From Vulcanimicrobiales bacterium (GTDB lineage Bacteria; Vulcanimicrobiota; Vulcanimicrobiia; Vulcanimicrobiales; Vulcanimicrobiaceae), in contig JBBRLI010000001.1 of the NCBI GenBank assembly GCA_038231455.1, positions 160,001-224,000 of the forward strand: a stretch of DNA of 64,000 nucleotides, read 5' to 3'. Below the pieces are notes generated by a model. It searched no databases. It worked only from the letters and a program-made list of their open reading frames with translations, and was not told the origin of the DNA. Each line of letters begins with the position of its first letter. The stretch's first letter is position 1. A program made the position numbers and the translations under genes. Below are positions 58,153 through 64,000 of this stretch, piece after piece.

Positions 58153-58898
58153 TATCGATCTTTCGTCCCGGCGATCTTCTCTAAGAGCGCAAGCGGGAAG
58201 TAGAGTTTTGTGCCGAGCAAGGTCGGCGCCGAGCCGTAGGTCGCATCGCGGCCATCGATTTTGTAGGCATTCTCGCCGAGGTGACCGATGACGGTATGTC
58301 CCGCGTGTTTAATGACGACGCGGTTGCCCACGACCTTGTATTCGCCATCGGCCAGATAATCTTCGGCCGGCGCGACCACGCTTGTCTGGGGCTCGTCCGA
58401 GACGACATCGGCGCGAATCAGCACATCGGTTCGCATTTCGGGATACACGCTGACCGAGCGTGTGAAATTGCCGCGCGCGGTATGCACCAGCAGCGTATGC
58501 GGACCGGCGGGAAGCGGAATTTGGCCTCGCTTATCAGCTATTTTCGCGGAACCGTCGACAAAGAGCGTACCGGTCGTGCCGCGCACGGCAAGAAATCCGA
58601 TGGCCTTCGGATAGCCCTGCGGCCCGTGCTGGAGTGCGACTGTCGAGAACGCAACCGCGCCGCCGCCGACGGTCACATCGACATCTTGCGAGGCCCAGCC
58701 CGTCCGCGTGACGGTGACGGTGTGGCGGCCAAGCGCGAGCGCGTCGAGCAGAACGGGGCTATGCCCGACATAGCTGCCGTCGATCCAGACGTCGGCTGCG
58801 GCCGGGAGCGTCGTTATATAGAGGGCGCCGCTCGGCGCGGGCGCAGCAGCAGTAAGAACGAACGCGGCAGCCGCCGCTCCCAAAAGCCGTCGAATCAT
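58152..58898 (-). CDS. Secreted PEGA-domain protein with C-terminal stalk/AMIN-like segment
   Basis: Signal peptide; LYITTLPAAADVWIDGSYVGHSP..LGRHTVTV (PEGA); APTLLGTKLYFPL. Confidence 0.75.
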   Translation of the reverse strand: MIRRLLGAAAAAFVLTAAAPAPSGALYITTLPAAADVWIDGSYVGHSPVLLDALALGRHTVTVTRTGWASQDVDVTVGGGAVAFSTVALQHGPQGYPKAIGFLAVRGTTGTLFVDGSAKIADKRGQIPLPAGPHTLLVHTARGNFTRSVSVYPEMRTDVLIRADVVSDEPQTSVVAPAEDYLADGEYKVVGNRVVIKHAGHTVIGHLGENAYKIDGRDATYGSAPTLLGTKLYFPLALLEKIAGTKDR

Positions 58899-58967
58899 GG
58901 TCGACCCTGCGGGTTCGGGTGAAAAAGCATGAGTTCCCGGCGGGGAACGGTAAGGTTCGAGGCTGCC

Positions 58968-60395
58968 ATGTCCACCTTTGATGATGTCGCCCTCGGCGGC
59001 GACGAGCTTCTTGACGCTGAATCCACCGAAGTCGGCGGCGAGTCGCTTCGCGTCCGTCCCGCGACGGTTGCGATCGTCGGCCGCCCCAACGTTGGGAAAT
59101 CCGCTCTCTTCAATCGCCTGATCGGCCAGCGCATGGCGATCGTTGAAGATACGCCAGGCGTGACGCGCGACCGCCTTTACGGCTTGTGCGAATGGCGCGG
59201 TCGCACGTTCAGCATCGTCGACACGGGCGGCATCGACGTCGAGTCCGATCCGCACGATGCGATCGCCGCGGGTACGCGATTGCAAGCGGAAGCGGCCGCA
59301 AACGACGCCGACGTGATCGTCTTCGTGGTCGACGCACAAGTCGGTATGTCGACGCTCGATGATGACGTCGTGCAAATTTTGCGCCGCACGCGCAATCCCG
59401 TGATCGTTGCCGCCAACAAAAGCGAGTCGGCCGCGGCGATGGCGACGGTCTACGGCGAATTCAGCCGCCTGGGTCTCGGTGAAATTTTCCCGGTCTCCGC
59501 CATTCATGGCGAGGGGACGGGCGATCTGCTCGATGAGATTTTCAAACGGCTCCCCCCCGATCTCGGCTTTGTCGAAGCCGAGAACGAGATTTCGATCGCC
59601 CTGATCGGACAGCCGAACGTCGGCAAGTCCTCGTTGCTCAACGCGATCCTGGGCGAAGAGCGATCGATCGTAAGCGACGTAGCCGGTACGACGCGCGATG
59701 CGATCGATACGGTCTTCATGTACGACAACCAGCGCGTGCGATTGATCGATACCGCGGGTGTCCGACGCAAAGTCAATCGTGCCGGTTCCATTGAGTATTA
59801 CAGCTCGCTGCGGTCGATCAAAGCGATCGGGCGATGCGACATCGCCTTGCTGCTCATCGATTCGATGCAAGGCGTGCTCAATCAAGATCGCCGTCTTGCC
59901 GGCATGGTGCTTGAAGAGCGCAAAGGCCTCATCATCGTCGGCAACAAGTGGGATCTCGTGACCGCGCAGGGCGAGTACAGCCAGTCCGAACTCGCGGGCG
60001 AAATCCATAAGGCGATTCCGTTTGGGCGACACGCACCGGTGACGTTTCTCTCCGCGCTCACCAAACGCAAACTCAACAACTTGATGCCCGTTATCATGAA
60101 AGTCTCGGAGAATCTTAACCGGCGCGTGCCGACGGCCAAGCTCAACGCAATCATCCGCGATGCCGTGCTCGCCCACCCGGCACCGATCTCACAGGATCGC
60201 GCGCTCAAGATTCTCTACTGCGCGCAAGTCGCGACGCATCCGCCGCTCTTCGTCTTCCACTGCAACGACCCCGAACTCGTGCAGCCGTCGTACAAGCGGT
60301 TCCTCGAAAACATCATTCGCACGAATTTCGCCTTCGAGGGCGTTCCGCTCACGCTCGAATTCCGCGAACGCGGCGGTCGCGAACCCCAACCCTAA
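58968..60395 (+). CDS. der: Ribosome biogenesis GTPase Der
   Basis: Two GTPase domains (GRPNVGKS, GQPNVGKS; DTGG and DTAG; NKSE and NKWD) plus a KH-like C-terminus. Confidence 0.96.
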   Translation: MSTFDDVALGGDELLDAESTEVGGESLRVRPATVAIVGRPNVGKSALFNRLIGQRMAIVEDTPGVTRDRLYGLCEWRGRTFSIVDTGGIDVESDPHDAIAAGTRLQAEAAANDADVIVFVVDAQVGMSTLDDDVVQILRRTRNPVIVAANKSESAAAMATVYGEFSRLGLGEIFPVSAIHGEGTGDLLDEIFKRLPPDLGFVEAENEISIALIGQPNVGKSSLLNAILGEERSIVSDVAGTTRDAIDTVFMYDNQRVRLIDTAGVRRKVNRAGSIEYYSSLRSIKAIGRCDIALLLIDSMQGVLNQDRRLAGMVLEERKGLIIVGNKWDLVTAQGEYSQSELAGEIHKAIPFGRHAPVTFLSALTKRKLNNLMPVIMKVSENLNRRVPTAKLNAIIRDAVLAHPAPISQDRALKILYCAQVATHPPLFVFHCNDPELVQPSYKRFLENIIRTNFAFEGVPLTLEFRERGGREPQP

Positions 60396-60994
60396 TGCTC
60401 GAGTGGGCCTCGCACCTCATCGTCGCGTTTTTGATCGGCGCGATCCCCTTCGGCGTGATTGTCTCGCGGCTGTTCTACAAACGCGATCTGCGTGCGTCGG
60501 GAAGTGGAAACATCGGCGCGGCAAATGCGCTTCGCACGCTCGGCAAGCGCGGTGCGATCGCGGTGTTGCTGCTCGATGCATTCAAAGGCGCAGCTCCTGT
60601 TCTGCTCACGGTGCCGCACTACGAACAAGCCGCAGCCGTCGGTTTTGCGGCCGTCCTCGGACACTGTTTTTCGCCGTTTCTTGCCTTCAAAGGCGGGAAA
60701 GGCGTTGCTACAAGCTTCGGCGTGATCTTCGCGCTGGCGTGGCCCGCCGGGCTTGCCTTCATGCTCGTGTGGATCGCGTTTGCCATCGGACTTGGGTTCG
60801 CGTCGGTTTCGTCCATGGCGGCGAGCATCGCGATGCCCTACGTACTGTGGTTCGTCATCGGCGCGCCGGGGATGTGGTATGGAATCGCTTCGGCCCTCCT
60901 GATCGTCGCCATGCACCGCCAGAATCTCGAGCGGCTGCGCGCCGGGACCGAAAGTCGTCTTTCATTATTCGCCAAACGAACCAAGGCCGGCTAG
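60395..60994 (+). CDS. plsY: Glycerol-3-phosphate acyltransferase PlsY
   Basis: [35 protein letters not shown] and [11 protein letters not shown] motifs. Confidence 0.95.
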   Translation: MLEWASHLIVAFLIGAIPFGVIVSRLFYKRDLRASGSGNIGAANALRTLGKRGAIAVLLLDAFKGAAPVLLTVPHYEQAAAVGFAAVLGHCFSPFLAFKGGKGVATSFGVIFALAWPAGLAFMLVWIAFAIGLGFASVSSMAASIAMPYVLWFVIGAPGMWYGIASALLIVAMHRQNLERLRAGTESRLSLFAKRTKAG

Positions 60995-61032
60995 CAAGAG
61001 ACTCGGAATCCGGCGCCGTATTGGCTCCGGTC

Positions 61033-61596
61033 ATGATTTCGTCGAACGATTTCCGAAACGGTGTTACCGTTGTCATCGAGGGCCAGCTTTGGACGGTCAT
61101 CGAGTTTCTCCACGTCAAGCCCGGCAAAGGCTCGGCTTTCGTGCGGACGCGTCTCAAGAACGTGAAAAGCGGCGCCACGGTCGAACGCACGTTCCGCGCC
61201 GGTGAAAAACTGGAGCGCGCGACGGTCGACAACCGCGAAATGCAAATGCTCTATAACAACGACGATGGCTATCATTTTATGGATATCGAATCGTACGAGA
61301 ATTTCACCCTCCAGAAAGAAGTCATCGGGGATCCGGCCGACTTCCTCAAAGACGGGATGAAGATCAACGTCCAGTTCCACGACGGGACGCCGATTGGCGC
61401 CGATCTGCCGGCCCACGTCGAACTCAAGGTCGAGGAGACCGACCCCGGCTTCAAAGGCGATACCGCCACGGGCACGACGAAGCCCGCCAAGCTCGAAACC
61501 GGCGCCACGGTCAACGTTCCGCTCTTCGTGAATCCGGGCGATATGATCAAGATCGACACCCGCGACCGCCGGTATATCGGGCGCGTCCAGAGCTAA
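61033..61596 (+). CDS. efp: Elongation factor P
   Basis: HVKPGKGSAFVRT, PGFKGDTA, KPAKLETG and VPLFV motifs. Confidence 0.97.
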   Translation: MISSNDFRNGVTVVIEGQLWTVIEFLHVKPGKGSAFVRTRLKNVKSGATVERTFRAGEKLERATVDNREMQMLYNNDDGYHFMDIESYENFTLQKEVIGDPADFLKDGMKINVQFHDGTPIGADLPAHVELKVEETDPGFKGDTATGTTKPAKLETGATVNVPLFVNPGDMIKIDTRDRRYIGRVQS

Positions 61597-61612
61597 GCCA
61601 CCTCTCACTTGC

Positions 61613-61640
61613 AAAAGCCGTCGCGCCGACGGCTTTTTTT
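61613..61640 (+). terminator. Intrinsic terminator after efp
   Basis: AAAAGCCGTCG-cgc-CGACGGCTTTTTTT. Confidence 0.88.
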
Positions 61641-61757
61641 ATGCTCTTGTAAACACCGTCTGCGATAGTAGTTTTCGAGCCGCCCAGGGAATGGTCGTCT
61701 TGCTGACCGGCCTGGGTCCCGCTTTGCGGGAGCCCGGCTGGACCATATCCGCGGCGC

Positions 61758-63806
61758 ATGAAAACGGAGCGACGGCACGTGAAGATTCGCAGAATCAAGA
61801 CACTCGGGATCGCGCTATCGCTCTCGGCGATCGCGGCGGTCATCGGCTTGTTTCTCTACCAACTGCCCAAAAATACGCTCCCAAGCGCCAATCGCATCGC
61901 CGATTTCGTCGTGATCAACGACTCGCTGTTCTGGTTCCGCGATCAAAGTTGGCTAAAAAAGGTCGGCGTGAAGTTGCCCGATCTCGATGAAGACAACGAC
62001 GGCATTCGGCTCGTCACGATGGACGAGTCGACGCTTCTACCACCGAGTAAAGGCGGCTACGGGCAGTTCCCTTGGGATCGCCGCATCTACGCAAAGTTGC
62101 TCGATCGGCTCGCAAAGGCGCATGCGAAAGTTGCGACCTTCGATATTGCGTTGCTCGACCCGGCGCGTAATCCGGAAGAAGATCGTGTTCTCGCCGCAGC
62201 GATGCGGCGGATGCCGACGATCCTCGGCTATACGATCGGTACCACGAAAGGCGGGGACTCCCGTTTATCGATCAACGGAGTTGCGCCGGTGCTCGGCGCC
62301 GTGACCGCCGCACAAGGATCGACGACCGTCGACAACCCCGGCGGCTGGCTGGTCGGTCAATACTTGACGATTTCTGCGCCAGATCCGGCGGGCAAACGCG
62401 TGGATTATCCATCGCTCTCCGGTGCGACGGTTGCATTCGCACTCGGCCAAAAGATTGACGTCGTGGATCCATGGAACGCGCGGATGGGGAAGACCAATAT
62501 CCCACTCGACGGCGACGGCTATCTTTTGATGTTGCCGTTCCAAACGCACGAATACGTCGATCAAGCAGAGACGAACGGGCTGAGCTCACGCGCCGGTGCC
62601 GTACGCGAAACCATGGGATTCGCGCAAACATTTCCCCTCAACGACGTGATGAAACTCGATGACGACACGATGAAACAGTTTGCGGAAAATCGGATCATCG
62701 TCCTCGGGGCAACCGCTCAAGCGATGGGCGACTTCATTTTGACCCCGAACGGCCGGTTTCCCGGGGTCTTCTCGAACCTGCGATTCATGGATCAATTGCT
62801 GAGCAAACGATTCATCCGGCGCGCGCCGGTTGCCGTCGACTACGCGCTAATCATCATCATGCCGCTCATGATCGGCTTCCTCGTCACGCAACTCAAACCG
62901 TCGATCGGCATCGGCATCGCACTCTTAGGTGCATTCGTCTATACACTAGTTGCGATCGGTGTCTACGCGTATACCTTGCACTGGGTGAACCTGGTGCACG
63001 TCGACGTTGCAATCGTGCTCTCCGCACTGTTCGTCGCCATGTACCGGGTCGTTACCGAAGGTGCCGATAAACGCGCGATTCGCGATATGTTCGGCAAACA
63101 TGTGAGCCCCGCGATCGTCTCGCAGATGCTCGACCACGACGATCCAAAGGGCGCACTCAAACCGCAGGGCAAGCGCGTTCGGGTCACGATCTTCTACTCC
63201 GATATCCGTGGCTTCACGGCGATGTCAGAAAAAATGACGGCGGAAGAAATCTACGGTCAACTCAACGAGTACTTCGAAGAAATGTGTAAGATCGTCTTCA
63301 AGTACAACGGGTACGTCGATAAGTTTATCGGCGACTGCTTGATGGCCGTGTTCTCCGCGCCAACTCCCCAGGAGGACGACGCGTACAAGGCTTGTCTGTG
63401 CGCGTTCGAACAACAGCAGAAGATTCTCGAGATGTCGGTAGCCTGGGCGGCTGAGGGGCGCAAGACGTTCACCGTCGGCATGGGGCTTAACACAGGCGAG
63501 GTCATGATGGGCAACCTCGGTTCGAGCGACCGCATGAACTACACCGTCATCGGCGACAACGTAAACACCGCAGCGCGTCTTTACAACGTCGCCGTTGGCG
63601 GCCAGACGATCATCAGCGAGTACACGTACGACGAAGTGAAGGATCGCTTCATCGTCAACGAACTGCAGCCCGTGTTTGTCAAAGGCAAAGAACTGCCACT
63701 GCGCATCTTCGAGATCGTCGAGCCGCTCCAACCGGGGCAAGCGAATACCTCAAAAATCCTCGATCAGAGTATCGTCCACGAAGCAGCCGTTGCGGCGGAC
63801 CATTAA
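61758..63806 (+). CDS. CHASE2-domain class III adenylate/guanylate cyclase
   Basis: FPWDRRIYAKLL (CHASE2), three TM segments, YSDIRGFT, DKFIGDCLMAVF and YTVIGDNVNTAARL. GTG 61779 is an alternative start. Confidence 0.9.
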   Translation: MKTERRHVKIRRIKTLGIALSLSAIAAVIGLFLYQLPKNTLPSANRIADFVVINDSLFWFRDQSWLKKVGVKLPDLDEDNDGIRLVTMDESTLLPPSKGGYGQFPWDRRIYAKLLDRLAKAHAKVATFDIALLDPARNPEEDRVLAAAMRRMPTILGYTIGTTKGGDSRLSINGVAPVLGAVTAAQGSTTVDNPGGWLVGQYLTISAPDPAGKRVDYPSLSGATVAFALGQKIDVVDPWNARMGKTNIPLDGDGYLLMLPFQTHEYVDQAETNGLSSRAGAVRETMGFAQTFPLNDVMKLDDDTMKQFAENRIIVLGATAQAMGDFILTPNGRFPGVFSNLRFMDQLLSKRFIRRAPVAVDYALIIIMPLMIGFLVTQLKPSIGIGIALLGAFVYTLVAIGVYAYTLHWVNLVHVDVAIVLSALFVAMYRVVTEGADKRAIRDMFGKHVSPAIVSQMLDHDDPKGALKPQGKRVRVTIFYSDIRGFTAMSEKMTAEEIYGQLNEYFEEMCKIVFKYNGYVDKFIGDCLMAVFSAPTPQEDDAYKACLCAFEQQQKILEMSVAWAAEGRKTFTVGMGLNTGEVMMGNLGSSDRMNYTVIGDNVNTAARLYNVAVGGQTIISEYTYDEVKDRFIVNELQPVFVKGKELPLRIFEIVEPLQPGQANTSKILDQSIVHEAAVAADH

Positions 63807-64000
63807 GGCTGCGCTGTTGGCGCTCGTCGCCTGCAGCGCGCTTGTTCCCTCGGCCCTGCGTGCCGACGACAAAAGCTTGCTTTCGCGAAGCGCCGGCTCC
63901 GTGGAATACGGCCGCGCCGATGCGATCGATGCGCCGAACTTGCGACGTAAACTGCTCGGAGAAATCTCGCTCGAAGACGACGCCTACGTCAGCACCGATG
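63790..64000 (+). CDS. Exported protein, possibly FecR-like (3' truncated by window edge)
   Basis: TTG-initiated frame MRRTIKAALLALVACSALVPSALRA-DDKSLLSRSAGSVEY..., open to the window end and overlapping the cyclase stop. Confidence 0.45.
   Translation, partial: MRRTIKAALLALVACSALVPSALRADDKSLLSRSAGSVEYGRADAIDAPNLRRKLLGEISLEDDAYVSTD

Noticed and set aside
58152-60176. 674-aa minus-strand ORF
   Set aside because: The first 426 codons are an antisense shadow of der; only the PEGA protein from 58898 is supported.
60160-61032. N-terminal extension making EF-P 478 aa
   Set aside because: Alternative-frame read-through overlapping der and plsY; EF-P homology starts at ATG 61033.

Overview
High-GC bacterial chromosomal window from a diderm organism (it encodes a secretin and an outer-membrane beta-barrel). 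The miaB-mutS-mutL-miaA-hfq-dapF and der-plsY-efp gene order suggests a Terrabacteria-type diderm such as Eremiobacterota/Vulcanimicrobiota; this is inference only. Most of the window is housekeeping or metabolic: acyl-CoA dehydrogenase, SSADH, PaoABC-like Mo-hydroxylase, SorAB, surE, uvrC, two trkA genes, kdpFABC, mutSL, miaAB, hfq, dapF, der, plsY, efp, a CHASE2 adenylate cyclase, one tmRNA and one tRNA-Pro(CGG). The strongest candidate for an undescribed system is a lower-GC island at about 3.4-12.4 kb. There, a signal-peptide-bearing Rhs/YD-repeat polymorphic toxin (C-terminal restriction-endonuclease-fold tip, immunity-like gene downstream) is transcribed divergently from a stand-alone, C-terminally extended secretin, followed by an XRE regulator. 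No T6SS, T2SS or pilus assembly genes are present in the window, which suggests a Sec-plus-secretin route for Rhs export. Other notable items: a GDPH-motif protein resembling MIIA/DUF1521 autocleavage domains; a soluble tandem KdpD-Usp-KdpD-Usp protein; unannotated small ORFs and a porin in the kdp operon; a tmRNA with a non-canonical T-arm; and an ECF sigma operon with a recognisable TGATCC-N16-CGTC promoter. All family assignments are from motif recognition by eye; no database searches were run.
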